A DNA stretch of 64,000 nt from an uncultured Gammaproteobacteria bacterium. GTDB taxonomy: Bacteria; Patescibacteriota; Patescibacteriia; JAHIZJ01. Location: assembly GCA_964594455.1 (NCBI GenBank), contig CAZQLY010000002.1, positions 3,819-67,818 of the forward strand. The letters run 5' to 3'. Position numbers and translations under genes: made by a program. Below, piece after piece: positions 56,306 through 64,000 of this stretch (position 1 is the stretch's first letter; every line of letters starts with the position of its first letter). The notes under the pieces are model-generated. The model did no database searches. It saw nothing but the letters and a program-made list of their open reading frames with translations, and was not told the DNA's origin.

Positions 56306-56869
56306 ATGGTTGATCGAATACCCGGCGGTAACGAATTATTAGACCCGCAAAAGTTGATACAAAAAGCTGATATCCAGCCAATGATGAATGTGGCTGATTT
56401 GGGATGCGGCGGTAGTGGTATTTTTACTCTGCAGGCCGCTAAGAAAGTTGGCGACAAAGGCGTGGTTTATGCGGTAGATATTCTAAAATCGGTTTTAGCC
56501 AGTGTGGTGAGCAAGGCCAGGATGCAGGGAATCAATAATGTAAAAACGGTCTGGTCAAATTTAGAAATACTGGGTGCCACCAAGATTCCTAATGGTTCAT
56601 TGGACCGGGCCATGTTTATCAATACGTTGTTCCAATCCAAGAAACACAAAGAAATGCTCCATGAGGCCAAACGCATGATCAAGCGCGAAGGCATGTTATT
56701 GGTTGTTGACTGGAAACCTCGCGGAGCACCATTCGGACCACTGGAAAAAGATCGAGTTGCCCCAGAAAGAATCAAGGCAATTGCCAAGGATTTAGAATTC
56801 CAGCTATTGGAATCATTTGAAGCAGGCCCTTATCACTACGGATTCATATTTACTAAACCCAGCCCTTAG
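56306..56869 (+). CDS. Class I SAM-dependent methyltransferase
   Basis: VADLGCGGSG, VYAVDI, LLVVDW. Confidence 0.85.
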   Translation: MVDRIPGGNELLDPQKLIQKADIQPMMNVADLGCGGSGIFTLQAAKKVGDKGVVYAVDILKSVLASVVSKARMQGINNVKTVWSNLEILGATKIPNGSLDRAMFINTLFQSKKHKEMLHEAKRMIKREGMLLVVDWKPRGAPFGPLEKDRVAPERIKAIAKDLEFQLLESFEAGPYHYGFIFTKPSP

Positions 56870-56927
56870 GATATTTAACTAAGGTAAGTAAAAAAGACGG
56901 CTTTTCTGGAGAAAAGTTGTTTTTGTT

Positions 56928-57335
56928 ATGATCTACAATAAAAAATTCATCGGACAAAAAGGAGAAGAACTCGCTTGTGAATACTTGTTACACAATGGCT
57001 ACGTAGTATTAGACAAAAATGTCCGGATCGGAAGAGGTGAAATTGATGTTGTTTGCATTAAAGATTCGCTAACTATCTTTGTAGAGGTTAAGGCCAGGAC
57101 TAGCCGGAAATATGGTATCCCTGAAGAAGCAATCACTTATAGAAAAGCGCTAAAATTAGCAGAATTAGCTAATAAATATTTACAAATACATCAATTAAGT
57201 AATATCCGCTATAGGATTGATGTAGTGGTAGTTGAAATGAAAAACACTTATCAAAAAGCGAATATCCGACACATCAAAAATGCGATAGAAGATTGTGAAA
57301 ATGACGAACTTGACTACGGTAAAGGTACTATGTAA
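56928..57335 (+). CDS. yraN: YraN/UPF0102 family PD-(D/E)xK protein
   Basis: GQKGEELA..GEIDVV..FVEVKAR..RIDVV. Confidence 0.88.
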   Translation: MIYNKKFIGQKGEELACEYLLHNGYVVLDKNVRIGRGEIDVVCIKDSLTIFVEVKARTSRKYGIPEEAITYRKALKLAELANKYLQIHQLSNIRYRIDVVVVEMKNTYQKANIRHIKNAIEDCENDELDYGKGTM

Positions 57336-57380
57336 GATAGAGGACTGAAACAATTTGAAATAATTAATTTATCAACAAGA

Positions 57381-58517
57381 ATGTATCAAGTGAATTTTTT
57401 GGAAGGTATTGCTCCACACTCGCACAAGCGAACAAAGACTCTGTTCGTTTTTTTGTTAATTTTTTCTTTGACTTTGGCCCCATTCGTCGAAGTCACGGCT
57501 GATGCTAGCGCGGAGTATCCTTATCCGGCACCAACTTTGTTATCTCCAGAAAACGGTAACTCAACTGACCAGACAAAGCCGATCATAGCTGGTCTTAGCC
57601 CCAACGATTCTTTGATAAAAATATTTATCGATGGTCAGCTCAACGGGCAGTTTCAAGTGATCAATCACGAATCCGGCACAGCCAACTTTGCTTATGAGCC
57701 GTTTCTAAATCTGAAACCAGGTTGGCATAAGGTAACGGCTTCCGCTACTGGGCCAAAGGGCAAAGAAAGTCAGATGTCAGGGGCAGTTAACTTTTTTGTA
57801 GAGTATCCGATGCCGGCTCCAACCATGCTGCAGCCAGTCGTCGACGATCAAACAACGTCGAGTCGACCTTGGTTTGTGGGCCTGACTGTTAATAACGCTT
57901 TGATAAAAATTTATATCGATGGCCAATGGAGTGGGCAGCTGACAGCCAAAGAACATATTTCCGGCGTCACCAGCTTTGCTTATTCAACGCTGTTTGATAT
58001 CACTGCTGGGCGTCATACCGTTTATGCTGTTGCTATCGATAAAAATGGAAAAGAAAGTAAGGCATCAAATATTGTTGAGTTCCATATTGAAAAGTCTTCC
58101 ACGACCGATAGTTCCGACGAAGACGGCACTGCGGAAGTGAAAGGTGAGGAAACAACCAATGGAGAAGAAACAGTTATGGAAGAGACAACCGAAGAAGAAG
58201 ACGGTGCAATGATGACTGAGAGTGGTAACGAAGAGGAAGAAATATGTGATGACGAAGATTGCGCCACAGACGAGGAGGAGGCTGACACAACCACAGAAGA
58301 AAACAGCAACTGGCCATTAATAGTAGGCCTAATGGTGCTATTCGTTGTTCTGATAATTTTCATAGACAATCTAGTTCGAAAGTCTCGCTCAGATAAATCT
58401 GATTCGGTGAAAGATAACTCGAACAAAAAAGGCTCATCCGGCGGATCATCCAAGCCTGAAGACAACAAACCCACTCCGGATGAGCTATTCCCCCCACCCC
58501 CACCAGATTTGAAATAG
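57381..58517 (+). CDS. Surface protein with two Ig-like domains, an acidic stalk and a C-terminal TM anchor
   Basis: Signal-like N-terminus; tandem PAPT..IKIxIDGQ..SGxxxFAY..GxH repeats; TM near the C-terminus. Confidence 0.75.
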   Translation: MYQVNFLEGIAPHSHKRTKTLFVFLLIFSLTLAPFVEVTADASAEYPYPAPTLLSPENGNSTDQTKPIIAGLSPNDSLIKIFIDGQLNGQFQVINHESGTANFAYEPFLNLKPGWHKVTASATGPKGKESQMSGAVNFFVEYPMPAPTMLQPVVDDQTTSSRPWFVGLTVNNALIKIYIDGQWSGQLTAKEHISGVTSFAYSTLFDITAGRHTVYAVAIDKNGKESKASNIVEFHIEKSSTTDSSDEDGTAEVKGEETTNGEETVMEETTEEEDGAMMTESGNEEEEICDDEDCATDEEEADTTTEENSNWPLIVGLMVLFVVLIIFIDNLVRKSRSDKSDSVKDNSNKKGSSGGSSKPEDNKPTPDELFPPPPPDLK

Positions 58518-58525
58518 TTTTTGTT

Positions 58526-58557
58526 CAAAATGGACTGTTGACTAGCAGTCCATTTTG
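58526..58557 (+). terminator. Intrinsic terminator
   Basis: CAAAATGGACTG/CAGTCCATTTTG. Confidence 0.6.
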
Positions 58558-58662
58558 TATTTAGATAGATGAGTGTTAATAAGGCAGCAGTTCTTTGTTA
58601 GTCCTTTCAATAAAATCCGATGAAGGGAATCACGGTGCTCCTCTCAAAGAAGGGGGTTGATC

Positions 58663-59217
58663 ATGAAGTATTTCTGGGGTGCGGTTTCAGGAGCCGCAGT
58701 CGTTCTCGTGGGCTGGGCGGTTTGGATTCTAGCCACAATCAATTTTCGTCCATCTTTCCCGGTCTGGCCGTTGGGCCACCTGTCCTCCATGCCGGTTCTA
58801 TTACTTGGGTTGACCGACATCATCTTTGCCGTGGTCATGGGCGTAGTTATCAGCCGGTTCATGACATTCAAGTCCATCAATCCGGAGCGGTTTGTGCTTT
58901 TGACGATCTTTGTCGCCGGAGTGATCGGTTTCGCAACGGTTTACAACCACGGTTTGGCGTTTATTCCGCTTATTGTCTGGATCCTCCTGACCGCGTTGTT
59001 CATCTGTCTCTGGATCAAGGACCTTTTCTGTGACAATGAGGAGAACTACGTTTCCGCCCTGATCATCGGTCCGGGCGTAGGCGTTGGCGTGACATCAGGA
59101 GCTCTGGTCGGGGTGATTGTTTCTTTCGGATGCCTGGTTTTGATCACCCTCATCATGTTAGCTATATGCATGATTGGTCTCACCGGATACGATCCCGAGC
59201 CGGATCCATATGCCTAA
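58663..59217 (+). CDS. Hypothetical multi-pass membrane protein
   Basis: 5-6 hydrophobic segments; purine-rich SD-like run; terminator at 59216-59243. Confidence 0.55.
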   Translation: MKYFWGAVSGAAVVLVGWAVWILATINFRPSFPVWPLGHLSSMPVLLLGLTDIIFAVVMGVVISRFMTFKSINPERFVLLTIFVAGVIGFATVYNHGLAFIPLIVWILLTALFICLWIKDLFCDNEENYVSALIIGPGVGVGVTSGALVGVIVSFGCLVLITLIMLAICMIGLTGYDPEPDPYA

Positions 59218-59249
59218 AGAAGCTTAACTCAAGCTTCTTTTTTATTTAC

Positions 59250-59314
59250 TTGCCAAAGTAGGAATAGTAGTATATAATGGTTTCGGACTAGTTCTTTACT
59301 GACTGGTCCGTTTT
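59250..59314 (+). promoter_or_regulatory. nusA promoter and leader hairpin
   Basis: TTGCCA-17-TATAAT; CGGACTAGT/ACTGGTCCG plus TTTT. Confidence 0.55.
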
Positions 59315-59354
59315 CGTACCAAGATATTTATAAAATAGTGAAAGGATAACAAGT

Positions 59355-60782
59355 ATGAGTTCACCGATTTCCCAAGCCATCAAACAAATCTGTGATGAAA
59401 AAAACATTTCAGTTGAGTCGGTAATTGAGACAATTGAGGCAGCTTTGGCTGTAGCCTATCGCAAGGATTTTGGGGAGAAGGACCAAAACATCAAAGTGGA
59501 ATTTAATCCTGACACGGCTCAGAGCCGAGTTTTTGACGTAAAAACAGTAATAGATATAACACCAGAACAAATAGCTGAAGAAGAAAAGATTCGTGAAGAG
59601 CGTCGACAAGCAAAGATTGAAGCCGCTGAAGAAGAAAAAAAAGAGAGTAAAAAGGGTAAGGTTAAAAAGGAAGAGAAAAAAAACAAAGAAGAAAAGGAAG
59701 ACGACAAAGAGCCTGAAGAAGATAAACTGGTTTACGATCCAAAGACGATGATTGCTTTGAGTGAAGCCAAGAAGAAAGATTCTAAGATTAAAGTAGGCGA
59801 TGAAATAAAGACTGAACTTTTCCCACCTGAAGCTTATGGTCGGATGGCAGCCCAAACGGCCAAACAAGTTATTATCCAAAGACTCAGAGAAGCCGAACGA
59901 GAAACAGTGTTCAAGAAATACAAGGATAAAGAAGGTTCCATCATCAACGGAACAATTCAACGAGTGGAAGGCCGACTGGTCTTTGTTGACCTGGGCGACG
60001 CCTCGGCAATTATGCCTCCGTCCGAACAGGTTGATGCCGAACAGTATCAGGCTGGCTTGCGTTTGAAATTTTATTTAGTAAGTATTAACCAGGCACCCAA
60101 GGGTCCGGAAATTACAGTTTCGCGTTCACATCCGGAAATGGTGAAACGATTGTTTGAGTTTGAAGTACCTGAGATTGCTTCTGGGGCCGTGGAAGTTAAG
60201 TCAGTATCACGTGAGGCTGGCTCTCGAACCAAAATAGCTGTTACTTCAACTGAGCCAAATATTGATCCGGTCGGATCATGTGTTGGTCAACGTGGCACCA
60301 GGGTGCAAACGGTAATCTCAGAATTAGGCGGAGAAAAGATTGATATTGTAGAATATGAAGATGATCCAGTTAAGTTTATTATTAACGCTTTGGCTCCAGC
60401 TAAAATACTAAGTGTGAAGATTAACGATGAAGAAAAAACTGCTTTGGCTGAGGTCAAAGAAGATCAGCTGTCTTTGGCTATTGGCCGGGGTGGACAAAAT
60501 GTCCGCTTGGCAGCCAGACTGACTGGTTGGAAAATAGATATTTTAAAAGAAGGAGAACAAGCTCCCATAGCTCCAGGAGAGTCAAAAGATAAATCTAAAA
60601 ATGAAGATGCTGATAAGAAAGAAAAGAAATCCACTGCCAAAAAGCCAGAAGTCGAAGAGGCAAAGACTGACAAAGCTGAAAAGGTAGAAGAAAACCCGGA
60701 GGCTAAGGATAAGGAAGAAACAAAAGAGAAATCAGAAAAAGATACCAAGAAACCTTCCGCGAAGGAAGCAGATAATAAATAA
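59355..60782 (+). CDS. nusA: Transcription termination factor NusA (charged insertion and tail)
   Basis: [54 protein letters not shown]. Confidence 0.96.
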   Translation: MSSPISQAIKQICDEKNISVESVIETIEAALAVAYRKDFGEKDQNIKVEFNPDTAQSRVFDVKTVIDITPEQIAEEEKIREERRQAKIEAAEEEKKESKKGKVKKEEKKNKEEKEDDKEPEEDKLVYDPKTMIALSEAKKKDSKIKVGDEIKTELFPPEAYGRMAAQTAKQVIIQRLREAERETVFKKYKDKEGSIINGTIQRVEGRLVFVDLGDASAIMPPSEQVDAEQYQAGLRLKFYLVSINQAPKGPEITVSRSHPEMVKRLFEFEVPEIASGAVEVKSVSREAGSRTKIAVTSTEPNIDPVGSCVGQRGTRVQTVISELGGEKIDIVEYEDDPVKFIINALAPAKILSVKINDEEKTALAEVKEDQLSLAIGRGGQNVRLAARLTGWKIDILKEGEQAPIAPGESKDKSKNEDADKKEKKSTAKKPEVEEAKTDKAEKVEENPEAKDKEETKEKSEKDTKKPSAKEADNK

Positions 60783-60802
60783 TTAACTTTTTAGAATCAA
60801 TT

Positions 60803-62797
60803 ATGTCGAATGCACTCCTTTTTTCCTTGATTGCCAGCGTAGCAGCTATTGTTTATGGCATCATTTTAATTCGTTTGGTTTTAAGAGTGCCCAAGGGCAA
60901 CGAGCGTATGCAAAAAATCGCTCAGGCCATCCAAAGTGGCGCTCAAGCATATCTCAACCGTCAGACAAAAACTGTGGCTATTATCGCAGTAATACTTTTT
61001 GCACTTCTTTGGATTTTCTTGGATATAAAAACTGCTGTTGGTTTCTTGATCGGTGCAGTTTTCTCAGCCGCTGCAGGTTATATCGGGATGCATATTTCGG
61101 TTCGGGCCAATGTTCGTACAGCCGAACAAGCTCAAAAAGGTTTGAAAGAAGCTTTAACAGTTGCTTTCCGCGGAGGCTCAGTAACAGGTTTACTGGTTGT
61201 TGGTTTAGCCCTCTTGGGAGTAGCTGGCTACTATGCCCTTACAAGTGATCTGAAGGCTCTGATTGGATTGGGGTTTGGCGGAAGTTTAATCTCAGTCTTT
61301 GCTCGACTCGGTGGTGGTATTTATACTAAGGCCGCTGACGTAGGAGCAGACTTAGTTGGAAAGATTGAAGCTGGTATACCCGAAGACGATCCGCGCAATC
61401 CAGCCGTAGTGGCCGATAATGTCGGTGATAATGTTGGAGATTGTGCCGGTATGGCCGCTGACCTGTTTGAAACCTATGCCGTAACTGCTGTCGCGGCTAT
61501 GCTTTTAAGTTCACTTCTTTTTGCTGGTTTTGAAAACGGCATCCTCTACCCTTTAGTAATTGGTGGAGTTTCCATAATTGCTTCGATCATTGGAACTCTG
61601 TTTGTAAGACTAGGAAAGAGTGGCAACATCATGGGAGCTCTCTACAAAGGATTAATAGTCAGCGGTGTTTTAGCGGCTATTGCCTTTTATCCTATAACTC
61701 AATGGCTAATGGGTGATCTAGGTGAATACAGTGTCTGGCAATTGTACGCCGCCGCTTTGGTTGGTTTGGTGGTGACTGCCGCTATTGTGATGATCACTGA
61801 ATATTACACCTCGCACAAATATCCTCCGGTCAAAAGTATAGCCAAGGCTTCAGAAACTGGCCATGCCACCAATATTATCAGCGGCCTGTCCACTTCACTG
61901 AAATCAACTGCCTGGCCTGTACTAGTAATCGTGGCTGGAATTTTGGTAGCTCACGGTTTTGCTGGCTTGTATGGCATAGCTTTGGCAGTAGTTTCGATGC
62001 TTTCACTGACTGGAATTATCGTAGCCGTAGATTCCTATGGCCCGATTACTGACAATGCTGGCGGAATCGCTGAAATGTCTGGGTTGCCCGAGTCAGTTAG
62101 AGAAAATACCGACAAGTTGGATGCGGTTGGTAATACCACCAAAGCAGTAACCAAGGGTTATGCCATTGGCTCAGCCGGACTCGCAGCCCTGGTGTTGTTT
62201 GCTTCATACATTCAAGAATTGGAAATATCTGAAAAAACTTTCAGTTTTGCATTATCTGACCCTAAAGTAATAGTTGGATTATTTATTGGTGGGCTACTGC
62301 CATATTTCTTCGCTGCACTGTCCATGGAAGCCGTAGGCAAAACTGCTGGCGCAGTGGTTAGTGAGGTACGCAGACAGTTCAAAGAAATAAAAGGAATAAT
62401 GGAAGGAACAGCCGAACCTGATTATAGTAGAGCAGTAGATATTGTGACCAAATCTGCTATTAAGCAAATGATTGTTCCTGCCCTGATTCCTGTGGCTGTT
62501 CCGATCGTTGTGGGGTTCTTACTCGGGCCTGTGGCTCTGGGTGGGGTTTTGGTTGGTAGTATCGTGACAGGCATCTTTGTCGCTATCTCTATGACCACCG
62601 GTGGAGCAGCTTGGGATAATGCCAAAAAGTATATAGAGGATGGGCACCACGGTGGTAAAGGTTCATTGGCTCACGAGGCGGCTATAACTGGAGACACGGT
62701 TGGCGATCCATATAAAGACACGGCTGGTCCAGCTATAAATCCAATGATAAAGATTCTGAATATTGTTGCTCTTTTGATTGTAGCTCTGATTGTATAA
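60803..62797 (+). CDS. hppA: Membrane-bound pyrophosphatase, probably a K+-independent H+ pump
   Basis: [33 protein letters not shown]; GNTTKA (Lys at the K+-dependence position). Confidence 0.94.
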   Translation: MSNALLFSLIASVAAIVYGIILIRLVLRVPKGNERMQKIAQAIQSGAQAYLNRQTKTVAIIAVILFALLWIFLDIKTAVGFLIGAVFSAAAGYIGMHISVRANVRTAEQAQKGLKEALTVAFRGGSVTGLLVVGLALLGVAGYYALTSDLKALIGLGFGGSLISVFARLGGGIYTKAADVGADLVGKIEAGIPEDDPRNPAVVADNVGDNVGDCAGMAADLFETYAVTAVAAMLLSSLLFAGFENGILYPLVIGGVSIIASIIGTLFVRLGKSGNIMGALYKGLIVSGVLAAIAFYPITQWLMGDLGEYSVWQLYAAALVGLVVTAAIVMITEYYTSHKYPPVKSIAKASETGHATNIISGLSTSLKSTAWPVLVIVAGILVAHGFAGLYGIALAVVSMLSLTGIIVAVDSYGPITDNAGGIAEMSGLPESVRENTDKLDAVGNTTKAVTKGYAIGSAGLAALVLFASYIQELEISEKTFSFALSDPKVIVGLFIGGLLPYFFAALSMEAVGKTAGAVVSEVRRQFKEIKGIMEGTAEPDYSRAVDIVTKSAIKQMIVPALIPVAVPIVVGFLLGPVALGGVLVGSIVTGIFVAISMTTGGAAWDNAKKYIEDGHHGGKGSLAHEAAITGDTVGDPYKDTAGPAINPMIKILNIVALLIVALIV

Positions 62798-62802
62798 GAG
62801 CG

Positions 62803-63393
62803 ATGGCCTACGGATTGCTCAGGTATACTTTATTACCTTTCTTTCGTTGGCGGGTTTCAAAAGTTAAAGGAGCGAAAAAACTACCTGCCGATAAGGGCTG
62901 TATTATAGTGGCTAATCATCGAAGCTGGATCGATGCTGCTGTGATTGTCAGTACTTTGTACCAGCTGATTGGGTGCAAGATATATTTCATTGCTTCGACG
63001 GGAAAATATAAAAGCGTCGGCGGCTTACCCATAGACGCTAAAGACAAAGACAGTGTCCTAGAAGTCGCTTTGGGTCTATTGAATAACGGTGAGGTAGTTG
63101 GTGTTTTTCCCAGCGGTCAGGCCAGTGATAATGGCGTGGAAGAAGGCAAAACCGGTGCTGCTCGTCTCGCTCTTTGGTCTGGTGTTCCTGTTGTGCCGAT
63201 TGGGATATTGGGCACCAGCGGAAAAACACCCGGATCGGCTGTAGCAAATTACATAAAAAGCAAGGTAGAAGTAGTAATTGGTCGACCGTTTCACTTTCCG
63301 ATCACTGAACGGTTGGAAATAGACAAGAAATTGTTAGACAGGACCACGGTTACAATAATGGATTCTATAAACAATTTAGTAACAAAAGGATAA
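62803..63393 (+). CDS. plsC: 1-acyl-sn-glycerol-3-phosphate acyltransferase-like (PlsC family), copy 1
   Basis: ANHRSWID, VFPSG, KTGAARLA, PVVPIG. Confidence 0.8.
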   Translation: MAYGLLRYTLLPFFRWRVSKVKGAKKLPADKGCIIVANHRSWIDAAVIVSTLYQLIGCKIYFIASTGKYKSVGGLPIDAKDKDSVLEVALGLLNNGEVVGVFPSGQASDNGVEEGKTGAARLALWSGVPVVPIGILGTSGKTPGSAVANYIKSKVEVVIGRPFHFPITERLEIDKKLLDRTTVTIMDSINNLVTKG

Positions 63394-63396
63394 TAA

Positions 63397-64000
63397 ATGG
63401 CCTACCCTGTTTTGCGACAAACGATATTGGCTTTGCTACGCCGTCGTCTTGAAGTAACCGGAATAGAAAATTTACCCAGACCACCCTATATCTTGGCCGC
63501 CAACCACAATAGTTATTTAGATGCTTTTATCCTCGGTTTGGTTTTAACGGTCGATCAGAATGAGCGGGCACACTATTTGACCAAGCACCGGGTATATAAA
63601 CACTACGGTCGGTTTCTAGGCAAGACCTGTCTGGGTATGATTGATATTCCTGATGATAATAAAGTAACCGCTCTAGAAATTTCCAAACAAAAAATCAACA
63701 TTGGTAAAAGTATAGTAGTTTTTCCTGAAGGTACCAGAAACTACGATAAGAACCAGCTTTTAAAAGGCAAAACTGGTGCAGTACGCTTAGCTCTAGCCAC
63801 TAATCGTCCAATTATTCCAGTAGGAGTGGTGGCTCCAGCCGGAAGGACTACCACAGATGCTATTAATTACTTCTTTTCTCCAAAAGTAACTTTGGGTGTG
63901 AAATTTGGACCACCGATAAACTTTAAATCCGCCAACCAGGATCCGACCAAAGAGGAATTGGAAGAGATGACTCGGGAATTAATGAAAGCGATAGGTCTCC
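63397..64000 (+). CDS. plsC: PlsC-family acyltransferase, copy 2 (3'-truncated; not in the ORF track)
   Basis: Translated by hand from ATG 63397: MAYPVLRQ..AANHNSYLD..VFPEGTR..KTGAVRLA..PIIPVG. Confidence 0.85.
   Translation, partial: MAYPVLRQTILALLRRRLEVTGIENLPRPPYILAANHNSYLDAFILGLVLTVDQNERAHYLTKHRVYKHYGRFLGKTCLGMIDIPDDNKVTALEISKQKINIGKSIVVFPEGTRNYDKNQLLKGKTGAVRLALATNRPIIPVGVVAPAGRTTTDAINYFFSPKVTLGVKFGPPINFKSANQDPTKEELEEMTRELMKAIGL

Noticed and set aside
58022-59960. Long antisense ORFs (58022-58528, 59409-59960) and the many short shadow ORFs inside large genes
   Set aside because: They are Ser/Phe-rich mirrors of Glu/Lys-rich sense genes or alternative frames of well-supported CDSs.

Overview
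Bacterial chromosome segment spanning the replication origin (dciA-dnaN-[oriC]-dnaA // rpmH-rnpA-yidD-yidC). It is most consistent with a Patescibacteria/CPR genome (inference from Shine-Dalgarno-less core genes, type IV pilus ATPases, giant FN3/Kelch surface proteins and patchy metabolism). It contains housekeeping genes (tyrS, valS, tsaD/E, HU, rny, clpP, infB, rbfA, nusA, rnhB, hppA, plsC x2), six intact tRNAs (Glu-TTC, Lys-CTT, Arg-TCG, Arg-CCT, Ala-CGC, Ala-GGC) and three parS-type palindromes. The most unusual signal is at the tRNA loci. Five of the six intact tRNAs are flanked by duplicated 5' and/or 3' tRNA fragments interrupted by short (22-72 nt) GC-rich hairpin inserts with recurring ends (TCCC..GGGA, CCCGCC..GGCGGG, GCCTGC..GCAGGC, TCCGCC..GGCGGA). 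At tRNA-Arg(TCG) a small GIY-YIG endonuclease gene sits between the fragment and the intact tRNA. At tRNA-Ala(CGC) the intact tRNA is nested, between such hairpin ends, inside the anticodon loop of a decayed tRNA-Ala. This looks like a tRNA-targeting miniature-element system, possibly GIY-YIG-driven (inference). Also noted: two candidate structured ncRNAs, a tandem pair of unknown 99-aa paralogs, a frameshifted GDPD-like gene, and a TrmB/PEP-mobile-domain divergon with palindromic operators. All calls are by-eye motif recognition; no database searches were run.
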